From: Eledone cirrhosa | Taxonomy: Eukaryota | Assembly (NCBI GenBank): GCA_964016885.1 | Contig: OZ024741.1 | Span: 27,466,001 to 27,530,000 of the forward strand | Direction: 5' to 3' | Length of the DNA stretch: 64,000 nt | Shown here: positions 1 through 10,800 of the stretch, piece after piece | Numbering within the stretch: position 1 is the stretch's first letter | Layout: every line of letters starts with the position of its first letter | Made by a program: the position numbers and the translations under genes | The notes under the pieces: model-generated | What the model was told of the DNA's origin: nothing | What the model saw: only the letters and a program-made list of their open reading frames with translations | The model's database searches: none

Positions 1-16
1 AGCGTGTGTAATTGAT

Positions 17-184
17 ATATTGAAGGAGAGGAGCGTGCAGCGATAGAGTAACAAATATATAGAGAGGGGGAGAGATGGTATTGAAGGGGAGGAGTGCAAA
101 GCGAAAGAGTAAGAGATATATATAGAGACGGAACAGATAGAGAGAAACAGGCGTAAGTAACAGTGGAAGAGATATAGAGAGAGG
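17..184 (+). repeat. GA-rich low-complexity tract with a degenerate ~61-bp tandem duplication
   Basis: TATTGAAGG-GAGGAG...AGCGA-AGAGTAA...ATATATAGAGA starts at 18 and again at 79 (offset 61). The plus strand is strongly purine-rich. Confidence 0.7.
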
Positions 185-273
185 TACTCTGATTGGTTGA
201 AAATTAGCCAATGACATACGATCACCACCACCACGGCTATCCCCGAAACATTTTTTAAGAAGCTACGCATATA

Positions 274-328
274 TGTTAGAACACGAAAAGTGAACATTCT
301 GTTGTTTCACACTTTTCGTGTTCTAACA
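274..328. repeat. Perfect 19-bp inverted repeat with a 17-nt spacer (hairpin/cruciform)
   Basis: TGTTAGAACACGAAAAGTG (274-292) is the exact reverse complement of CACTTTTCGTGTTCTAACA (310-328). After one mismatch it extends by ATAT on each side. Confidence 0.92.
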
Positions 329-348
329 GATATATAATGCACAGGTTT

Positions 349-362
349 TATATATATATATA
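349..362. repeat. (TA)7 microsatellite immediately 5' of the SINE
   Basis: Direct read. Confidence 0.9.
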
Positions 363-364
363 AG

Positions 365-532
365 GGCGGTGGATTGGCAGTATCGGTAGAGGGTCGGACG
401 CCATGCTTTCCACCATAGTTACGTCCCTTTACGATCTGAGTTCAAATCCCGCCGAGGTTGACTTTGCCTTTCATCCTTACGGGGTCGATAAAATAAAAGT
501 ACCAGTAATGGCCTTGTGCCTAAAGTAGAAAC

Positions 533-536
<4 letters not shown>
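365..536 (+). mobile_element. tRNA-derived SINE copy (octopus/cephalopod-type), internally deleted
   Basis: 5' GGCGGTGGATTGGCAGTATCGGTAGAG with A-box-like TGGCAGTATCGG (375-386) and B-box GTTCAAATCC (440-449). Central GACTTTGCCTTTCATCCTTACGGGGTCGATAAAATAAAAGTACCAG matches, from recall, a conserved body of octopus SINEs. Ends in an AT-rich tail running into (TA)n. A homologous copy lies on the minus strand at 1351-1545. Confidence 0.85.

Positions 537-575
<39 letters not shown>
536..575. repeat. (TA)20 microsatellite
   Basis: Direct read; continues the tail of the SINE at 365-536. Confidence 0.97.
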
Positions 576-577
<2 letters not shown>

Positions 578-687
578 AAAAATGGAGTGCTGCGTGGTTG
601 TATATGGGTTACATATTAATAAAATGAGTCCTTCATCAGTGATCTTCCAACCTTCATTGGTATTTCATCGCTTTAAAAATCATATGC

Positions 688-735
688 CGAGCAATAACTA
701 AATAAAGTGCGAGCAATAACTAAATAAAGTTATTG
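688..735. repeat. 21-bp direct duplication (period 22) overlapping an 8-bp inverted repeat
   Basis: CGAGCAATAACTAAATAAAGT at 688-708 and 710-730. CAATAACT (714-721) pairs with AGTTATTG (728-735). Confidence 0.85.
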
Positions 736-955
736 GGCCAAGTAAAATAGCGTGAAGCGAGCGAGACATGTAAACAAACAAAGATGGTATTGCAATGGAA
801 AGATAGGAAGAGACAAGTACATGATATCTATAAGCTTAAGCTTGGTGAAATCATGGACGAGAGATACAGACCATCCGACATGGGTGAAATGTGAGCGAGA
901 AAAGGATTTCACACAGGTTAAATGGGAGGAAGTGAGAGAGAGGGAGAAGCAGAGA

Positions 956-958
<3 letters not shown>

Positions 959-1026
<68 letters not shown>
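959..1026. repeat. (TA)34 microsatellite, flanked by GA-rich (about 925-958) and imperfect (GT)n (about 1028-1066) tracts
   Basis: Direct read of a compound microsatellite. Confidence 0.97.
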
Positions 1027-1030
<4 letters not shown>

Positions 1031-1169
1031 GTGTGTATCTATTAATGTGTGTGAGTGTGTGTGTGTTTCAGATATGTTCTTTTGAATAGGCTTCGTAGGC
1101 GGTAAACCCAACCCTAAAGGGATGCAACTCCAGCCGGGATCATGCGAGAAGGACTGTTGAAACATTTTC

Positions 1170-1319
1170 TTTTCGTTGTAGCCAAAAATTTTGGCTGCTT
1201 GGGATTCAATTTTCATTTGTTATAACGAGATGCTTTTATTGTTGTTTTAATAAGCTTGTGGCGAGGATTGAAAAAAAATTCATTATAATGGTATTCGTTA
1301 TAACGGAATTTTACTTGTA
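1170..1319. mobile_element. Probable end of a pogo/Tigger-like (Tc1/mariner superfamily) MITE remnant
   Basis: 1296-1319 reverse-complements to TACAAGTAAAATTCCGTTATAACG, similar to TA-flanked CAGT...CGTTATAACG termini. Subterminal variants of TTCGTTATAACG occur at about 1172, 1216, 1279 and 1294. The partner TIR was not found. Confidence 0.45.
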
Positions 1320-1350
1320 TATATGTATATGTGTACATATATATATATAA

Positions 1351-1545
1351 TGGTTTCTGATTTTGGAGGAGGGAAAAAGTCAATTAAATCGACCTCAGTG
1401 CGAGACTGGTGCTTTGTTATCGACCACGTAAGGATGAAAGGAAAAGCTAACCTCAGAAGGATGTGAACTCAGAACGTAAAGGGCCATAACTCTAAGTGAC
1501 AAAGCATGTTGTCCGACGCTCTACCGATACTGCCAATATACCGCC
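1351..1545 (-). mobile_element. Second tRNA-derived SINE copy of the same family, minus strand
   Basis: Reverse complement reads GGCGGTATATTGGCAGTATCGGTAGAGCGTCGGACAACATGCTTT...CCCTTTACGTTCTGAGTTCACATCC...CCTTTCATCCTTACGTGGTCGATAACAAAGCACCAGT..., colinear with 365-506. Degenerate B-box at 1459-1470. Its 3' end abuts TA-rich sequence at 1318-1350. Confidence 0.85.
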
Positions 1546-1885
1546 GAAAATTAACAAAGAGAAGACAACGAAGGAAATCAAGGTAAAACGAAAACAATTA
1601 TAAAAGCTGCGTCATTCTATCACTTCAGAGTCAAAATACAACAAAAATATGAGGATACGATATGGGAGAACACTCTCTGGAGTATATAACCCCAGCGGAC
1701 AGAATGGAAAAAGTGTTGCTCCGGAAAATAGTGAGGGCGACGCGTTGAAATAGCCATTCCAACTGGCAGGACTCACTCCAGCGGGTAGTCAACTCAACTA
1801 TATTCAGAGTTGTTTCCCTTAGAAAACTATGCTGCAAGGGAGGAAACTGCTCTGCTTAAGTTTGATATATATATGTAAATGTATA

Positions 1886-1939
1886 CTTTTTTACCAGTTC
1901 CAGCTATCCGACTAAGGCCATGCTGAGACACCGCCCTTA
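1886..1939 (-). mobile_element. Probable degenerate 3' fragment of another octopus-type SINE/interspersed repeat
   Basis: GACTAAGGCCATGCTGAGACACCGCCCTTA resembles, from recall, the abundant octopus repeat motif GACTGCGGCCATGCTGGAGCACCGCC. The match is short and diverged and was not database-checked. Confidence 0.45.
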
Positions 1940-4899
1940 TAATATATTTTAAATTTCTGTTAAAAACTCTAAATGATCTTAAATGAGTTAAGTTATTTTA
2001 TTTCGACGTTGAAAGAAAGTGATAGTATCACATCGATTCCGTTATCAAGAGAATTTACAGCATGAGTCGACTGGAAAAGCTTACAACCCTTGATTGAAAC
2101 TAGATGGTACTGCCAGGCAACTTTATCCTTGTTGAACGTAGTTGACTATAGATCTAAGTCTAACAGAACGTCGTTGACTATAGAACTAAGACTAACAGGA
2201 CGTCGTTGACTATAGAACTAAGACTAAAAGAACGTCGTTGACTATAGAACTAAGTCTATCAGAACGTCGTTGACTATAGAACTAAAACTAACAGAACATT
2301 GTCGACTATAGAACTAAGTCTAACAGAACATTGTTGACTATAGAACTAAGACTAACAGAACGTCGTTGACTATAGAACTAAGACTAGAAGAACGTCGTTG
2401 ACTATAGAACTAAGTCTAACAGAACGTCGTTGACTATAGAACTAAGTCTAACAGAACGTCGTTGACTATAGAACTAAGACAAACAGAACGTCGTTGACTA
2501 TAGACTATAGAACTAAGTCTAACAGAACATCGTTGACTATAGAACTAAGACTAATAGAACGTCGTTGACTATAGAACTAAGTCTAACAGAACGTCGTTAA
2601 CTATAGAACTAAGACTAACAGAACGTCGTTGACTATAGGACTAAGTCTAACAGAACGTCGTTGACTATAGAACTAAGACTAACAGAACGACGTTGAGTAT
2701 AGACTATAGAACTAAGTCTAACAGAACGTCGTTGACTATAAAACTAAGTCTAACAGAACGTCGTTAACTATAGAACTAAGACTAACAGAACGTCGTTGAC
2801 TATAGAACTAAGTCTAACAGAACGTAGTTGACTATAGAACTAAGAGTAACAGAACGACGTTGAGTATAGACTATAGAACTAAGTCTAACAGAACGTCGTT
2901 GACTATAGAACTAAGTCTAGCAGAACGTCGTTGACTATAGAACTAAGACTAACAGAATGTCGTTGACTATAGATTATAGAAATAAGCCTAACAGAACGTC
3001 GTTGACTATAGAACTAAGTCTAACAGAACGTCGTTGACTATAGAATTGAGACTAACAGAACGTCGTTGACTATAGACTATAGAACTAAGTCTAACAGAAC
3101 GTCGTTGACTATAGAACTAAGTCGAGAAGAACGTCGTTGACTATAGAACTAAGACTAACAGAATGTCGTTGACTATAGATTATAGAACTAAGCCTAACAG
3201 AACGTCGTTGACTATAGAACTAAGTCTAACAGAACGTCGTTGACTATAGAATTGAGACTAACAGAACGTCGTTGACTATAGACTATAGAACTAAGTCTAG
3301 CAGAACGTCGTTGACTATAAAACTGAGACTAACATAACGTCGTTGACTATAGACTATTGAACTAAGTTTAACATAACGTCGTTGACTATAGAACTAAGCC
3401 TAACAGAACGTCGTTGACTAAAGAACTAAGTCTAACAAAACGTTGTTGACTATAGAACTAAGACTAACAGAACGTCGTTGACTATAGACTATAGAACTAA
3501 GTCTAACAGAACGTCGTTGACTATAGAACTAAGTCTAGCAGAACGTCGTTGACTATAAAACTGAGACTAACATAACGTCGTTGACTATAGACTATTGAAC
3601 TAATTTAACATAACGTCGTTGACTATAGAACTAAGCCTAACAGAACGTCGTTGACTATAGAACTAAGACTAATAGAACGTCGTTGACTATAGAATTAAGT
3701 CTAACAGAACGTCGTTAAATATAGAACTAAGACTAATAGAACGTCGTTGACTATATAACTAAGACTAACAGAACGTCGTTGACTATAGGACTAAGTCTAA
3801 CAGAACGTCGTTGACTATAGAACTAAGACTAACAGAACGACGTTGAGTATAGACTATAGAACTAAGTCTAACAGAACGTCGTTGACTATAAAACTAAGTC
3901 TAACAGAACGTCGTTAACTATAGAACTAAGACTAACAGAACGTCGTTGACTATAGAACTAAGTCTAACAGAAGGTAGTTGACTATAGAACTAAGAGTAAC
4001 AGAACGTCGTTGACTATAGAACTAAGTCTAGCATAACGTCGTTGACTATAGAACTAAGACTAACAGAATATCGTTGACTATAGATTATAGAACTAAGCCT
4101 AACAGAACGTCGTTGACTATAGAACTAAGTCTAACAGAACGTCGTTGACTATAGAATTGAGACTAACAGAACGTCGTTGACTATAGACTATAGAACTAAG
4201 TCTAACAGAACGTCGTTGACTATAGAACTAAGTCGAGAAGAACGCCGTTGACTATAGAACTAAGACAAACAGAACGTCGTTGACTATAGACTATAGAACT
4301 AAGTCTAACAGAACATCGTTGACTATAGAACTAAGACTAATAGAACGTCGTTGACTATAGGACTAAGTCTAACAGAACGTCGTTGACTATAGAACTAAGA
4401 CTAACAGAACGACGTTGAGTATAGACTATAGAACTAAGTCTAACAGAACGTCGTTGACTATAAAACTAAGTCTAACAGAACGTCGTTAACTATAGAACTA
4501 AGACTAACAGAACGTCGTTGACTATAGAACTAAGTCTAACAGAAGGTAGTTGACTATAGAACTAAGAGTAACAGAACGTCGTTGACTATAGAACTAAGTC
4601 TAGCATAACGTCGTTGACTATAGAACTAAGACTAACAGAATATCGTTGACTATAGATTATAGAACTAAGCCTAACAGAACGTCGTTGACTATAGAACTAA
4701 GTCTAACAGAACGTCGTTGACTATAGAATTGAGACTAACAGAACGTCGTTGACTATAGACTATAGAACTAAGCCTAACAGAACGTCGTTGACTATAGAAC
4801 TAAGACTAACAGAACGTCGTTGACTATAGAACTAAGTGTAACAGAACGTCGTTGACTATAGACTATAGAGCTAAGTCTAACAGAACGTCGTTGACTATA

Positions 4900-7800
4900 G
4901 AATTGAGACTAACAGAACGTCGTTGACTATAGACTATAGAACTAAGTCTAGCAGAACGTCGTTGACTATAAAACTGAGACTAACATAACGTCGTTGACTA
5001 TAGACTATTGAACTAAGTTTAACATAACGTCGTTGACTATAGAACTAAGCCTAACAGAACGTCGTTGACTATAGAACTAAGTCTAACAAAACGTTGTTGA
5101 CTATAGAACTAAGACTAACAGAACGTCGTTGACTATAGACTATAGAACTAAGTCTAACAGAACGTCGTTGACTATAGGATTGAGACTAACAGAACGTCGT
5201 TGACTATAGACTATAGAACTAAGTCTAACAGAACGTCGTTGACTATAGAACTAATTCTAGCAGAACGTCGTTGACTATAAAACTGAGACTAACATAACGT
5301 CGTTGACTATAGACTATTGAACTAATTTAACATAACGTCGTTGACTATAGAACTAAGCCTAACAGAACGTCGTTGACTATAGAACTAAGACTAATAGAAC
5401 GTCGTTGACTATAGAATTAAGTCTAACAGAACGTCGTTGACTATATAACTAAGACTAACAGAACGTCGTCGACTATAGAACTAAGTCTAACAGAACGTCG
5501 TTGACTATAGAACTAAGACTAACAGAACGTCGTTGACTATAGAACTAAGCGTAATAGAACGTCGTAGACTATAGAACTACGTCTAACAGAACGTCGTTGA
5601 CTAAAGAACTAAGTATAGCAGAACGTCGTTCACTATAGAACTAAGACTAACAGAACGTCGTTGACTATACAACTAAGACTATCAAAACGTCGTTGACTAT
5701 AGACTATAGAACTAAGTCTGACAAAAAGTCGTTGACTATAGAACTAAGTCTAACAGAACGTCGTTAACTATAGACTATAGAACTAAGTCTAACAGAACGT
5801 CTTTGACTATAGAACAAAGACTAACAGAACGTTGTTGACTAAAGAACTAAGTCTAACAGAACGTCGTTGACTATAGACTATAGAACTAAATCTAGCAGAA
5901 CGCGTTGACTATAGACTATAGAACTAAGTCTAACAGAACGTCGTTGACTATAGACTATAGAACTAAGTCTAACAGAACGTCGTTTACTAAAGAACTAAGT
6001 CTAACAGAACTTCGTTGACTATAGAACTAAGACTAACAGAACGTCGTTGACTATAGAACTAAGTGTAACAGAACGTCGTTGATTATAGACTATAGAACTA
6101 AGTCTAACAGAACGTCGTTAACTATAGAACTAAGACTAACAGAACGTCGTTGACTATAGAACTAAGTCTAACAGAACGTCGTTGACTATAGTCTATAGAA
6201 CTAAGTCTAACAGAATGTCGTTGACTATAGAACTAAGACTAACAGAACGTTGTTGACTAAAGAACTAAGTCTAACAGAACGTCGTTGACTATAGAATTGA
6301 GGCTAACAGAACGTCGTTGACTATAGACTATAGAACTAAGTCTAACAGAACGTCGTTGACTATAGAACTAAGTCTAACAGAACGTCGTTGACTATAAAAC
6401 TGAGACTAACAGAACGTCGTTGACTATAGACTATAGAACTAAGTTTAACAGAACGTCGTTCACTATAGACTATAGAACTAAGCCTAACAGAACGTCCTTG
6501 ACTATAGAACTAAGTCTAACAGAAGGTCGTTGACTATAGACTATAGAACTATATCTAGCAGAAGGTCGTTGACTATAGAACTAAGTCTAACAGAACGTCG
6601 TTGACTATAGAACTAATACAAACAGAGCGTCGTTGACTATAGACTATAGAACTAAGTCTAACAGAACGTCGTTAACTGTAGAACTAAGACTAACAGAATG
6701 TCGTTGACTATAGAACTAAGTCTAACAGAACGTCATTGACTATAGAACTAAAACTAACAGAACGACGTTGAGTATAGACTATAGAACTAAGTCTAACAGA
6801 ACGTCGTTGACTATAGAACTAAGTCTAACAGAATGTCGTTAACTATAGAACTAAGACTAACAGAACGTCGTTGACTATAGAACTAAGTCTAACAGAACGT
6901 CGTTGACTATAGAACTAAGACTAACAGAACGACGTTGAGTATAGACTATAGAACTAAGTCTAACAGAACGTCGTTGACTATAGAACTAAGTCTAGCAGAA
7001 CGTCGTTGACTATAGAATTAAGACTAACAGAATGTCGTTGACTATAGATTATAGAGCTAAGCCTAACAGAACGTCGTTGACTATAGAACTAAGTCTATAA
7101 CAGAACGTCGTTGACTATAAAACTAAGACTAACAGAACGTCGTTGACTATAGAACTAAGTGTAACAGAACGTCATTGACTATAGACTATAGAACTAAGTC
7201 TAACAGAATGTCGTTGACTAAAGAACTAAGTCTAACAGAACGTCGTTGACTATAGAATTGAGACTAACAGAACGTCGTTGACTATAGAACTAAGTCTAAC
7301 AGAACGTCGTTGACTATAGAACTAAGTGTAACAGAACGTCATTGACTATAGACTATAGAACTAAGTCTAACAGAACGTCGTTGACTATAGAACTAAGACT
7401 AACAGAACGATGTTGAGTATAGACTATAGAACTAAGTCTAACAGAACGTCGTTGACTATAGAACTAAGTCTAGCAGAACGTCGTAGACTATATAACTACG
7501 TCTAACAGAACGTCGTTGACTAAAGAACTAAGTATAGCAGAACGTCGTTCACTATAGAACTAAGACGATCAGAACGTTGTTGACTAAAGAACTAAGTCTA
7601 ACAGAACGTCGTTCACTATAGAATTGAGACTAATAGAACGTCGTTGACTATAGACTATAGAACTAAGTCTAGCAGAAGGTCGTTGACTATAGAACTAAGT
7701 CTAACAGAACGTCGTTGACTATAGAATTGAGACTAACAGAACGTCGTTGACTATAGACTATAGAACTAAGTCTAACAGAACGTCGTTGACTATAGAACTA

Positions 7801-10800
7801 AGTCTAGCAGAACGTCGTTGACTATAAAACTGAGACTAACATAACGTCGTTGACTGTAGACTATTGAACTAATTTAACATAACGTCGTTGACTATAGAAC
7901 TAAGCCTAACAGAACGTCGTTGACTATAGAACTAAGACTAATAGAACGTCGTTGACTATAGAATTAAGTCTAACAGAACGTCGTTAAATATAGAACTAAG
8001 ACTAATAGAACGTCGTTGACTATATAACTAAGACTAACAGAACGTCGTCGACTATAGAACTAAGTCTAACAGAACGTCGTTGACTATAGAACTAAAACTA
8101 ACAGAACGTCGTTGACTATAGAACTAAGCGTAATAGAACGTCGTAGACTATAGAACTACGTCTAACAGAACGTCGTTGACTAAAGAACTAAGTATAGCAG
8201 AACGTCGTTCACTATAGAACTAAGACTAACAGAACGTCGTTGACTATACAACTAAGACTATCAAAACGTTGTTGACTATAGACTATAGAACTAAGTCTAA
8301 CAAAAAGTCGTTGACTATAGAACTAAGTCTAACAGAACGTCGTTTACTATAGACTATAGAACTAAGTCTAACAGAACGTCGTTGACTATAGAACAAAGAC
8401 TAACAGAACGTTGTTGACTAAAGAACTAAGTCTAACAGAACGTCGTTGACTATAGACTATAGAACTAAATCTAGCAGAACGCGTTGACTATAGACTACAG
8501 AACTAAGTCTAACAGAACGTCGTTTACTAAAGAACTAAGTCTAACAGAACTTCGTTGACTATAGAACTAAGACTAACAGAAGGTCGTTGACTATAGAACT
8601 AAGTGTAACAGAACGTCGTTGATTATAGACTATAGAACTAAGTCTAACAGAACGTCGTTAACTATAGAACTAAGACTAACAGAACGTCGTTGACTATAGA
8701 ACTAAGTCTAACAGAACGTCGTTGACTATAGTCTATAGAACTAAGTCTAACAGAATGTCGTTGACTATAGAACTAAGACTAACAGAACGTTGTTGACTAA
8801 AGAACTAAGTCTAACAGAACGTCGTTGACTATAGAATTGACACTAACAGAACGTCGTTGACTATAGACTATAGAACTAAGTCTAACAGAACGTCGTTGAC
8901 TATAGAACTAAGTCTAACAGAACGTCGTTGACTATAAAACTGAGATTAACAGAACGTCGTTGACTATAGACTATAGAACTAAGTTTAACAGAACGTCGTT
9001 CACTATAGACTATAGAACTAAGCCTAACAGAACGTCCTTGACTATAGAACTAAGTCTAACAGAACGTCGTTGACTATAGAACTAAGACAAACAGAACGTC
9101 GTTGACTATAGACTATAGAACTAAATCTAGCAGAAGGTCGTTGACTATAGAACTAAGTCTAACAGAACGTCGTTGACTATAGAACTAATACAAACAGAGC
9201 GTCGTTGACTATAGACTATAGAACTAAGTCTAACAGAACGTCGTTAACTGTAGAACTAAGACTAACAGAACGTCGTTGACTATAGAACTAAGTCTAACAG
9301 AACGTCATTGACTATAGAACTAAAACTAACAGAACGACGTTGAGTATAGACTACAGAACTAAGTCTAACAGAACGTCGTTGAGTATAGAACTAAGTCTAA
9401 CAGAATGTCGTTAACTATAGAACTAAGACTAACAGAACGTCGTTGACTATAGAACTAAGTCTAACAGAACGTCGTTGACTATAGAACTAAGACTAACAGA
9501 ACGACGTTGAGTATAGACTATAGAACTAAGTCTAACAGAACGTCGTTGACTATAGAACTAAGTCTAGCAGAACGTCGTTGACTATAGAACTAAGACTAAC
9601 AGAATGTCGTTGACTATAGATTATAGAGCTAAGCCTAACAGAACGTCGTTGACTATAGAACTAAGTCTATAACAGAACGTCGTTGACTATAAAACTAAGA
9701 CTAACAGAACGTCGTTGACTATAGAACTAAGTGTAACAGAACGTCATTGACTATAGACTATAGAACTAAGTCTAACAGAATGTCGTTGACTATAGAACTA
9801 AGACTAACAGAACGTTGTTGACTAAAGAACTAAGTCTAACAGAACGTCGTTGACTATAAAATTGAGACTAACAGAACGTCGTTGACTATAGAACTAAGTC
9901 TAACAGAACGTCGTTGACTATAGAACTAAGTGTAACAGAACGTCATTGACTATAGACTATAGAACTAAGTCTAACAGAACGTCGTTGAATATAGAACTAA
10001 GACTAACAGAACGACGTTGAGTATAGACTATAGAACTAAGTCTAACAGAACGTCGTTGACTATAGAACTAAGACTAGCAGAACGTCGTAGACTATATAAC
10101 TACGTCTAACAGAACGTCGTTGACTAAAGAACTAAGTATAGCAGAACGTCGTTCACTATAGAACTAAGACTATCAGAACGTTGTTGACTAAAGAACTAAG
10201 TCTAAAAGAACGTCGTTCACTATAGAATTGAGACTAATAGAACGTCGTTGACTATAGACTATAGAACTAAGTCTAGCAGAAGGTCGTTGACTATAGAACT
10301 AAGTCTAACAGAACGTCGTTGACTATAGAATTGAGACTAACAGAACGTCGTTGACTATAGACTATAGAACTACGTCTAACAGAACGTCGTTGACTATAGA
10401 ACTAAGTCTAGCAGAACGTCGTTGACTATAAAACTGAGACTAACATAACGTCGTTGACTATAGACTATTGAACTAATTTAACATAACGTCGTTGACTATA
10501 GAACTAAGCCTAACAGAACGTCGTTGACTATAGAACTAAGACTAATAGAACGTCGTTGACTATAGAATTAAGTCTAACAGAACGTCGTTAAATATAGAAC
10601 TAAGACTAATAGAACGTCGTTGACTATATAACTAAGACTAACAGAACGTCGTCGACTATAGAACTAAGTCTAACAGAACGTCGTTGACTATAGAACTAAG
10701 ACTAACAGAACGTCGTTGACTATAGAACTAAGCGTAATAGAACGTCGTAGACTATAGAACTACGTCTAACAGAACGTCGTTGACTAAAGAACTAAGTATA

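Noticed and set aside
365-455. Functional tRNA gene (A and B boxes present)
   Set aside because: No convincing cloverleaf, and it continues into a SINE body and tail with a second diverged copy nearby, so it is a tRNA-derived SINE head.
1180-1196. Palindrome AGCCAAAAATTTTGGCT as a terminator or regulatory site
   Set aside because: It is short and A/T-run based, lies within a probable MITE remnant, and has no associated gene.
516-1216. ORFs 516-701, 730-912, 752-1045 and 851-1216
   Set aside because: They are short, overlapping and mostly held open by (TA)n, GA or GT microsatellites (IYIY runs), with no recognisable domain.
1631-1837. 68-aa minus-strand ORF
   Set aside because: It is short, has a non-ATG start and no recognisable motif, and is of a length expected by chance.
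2144-2175. CENP-B box or telomeric repeat within the monomer
   Set aside because: The monomer lacks the TTCG....A..CGGG pattern and has no TTAGGG tracts. The minus-strand TTAG words are not followed by GG.
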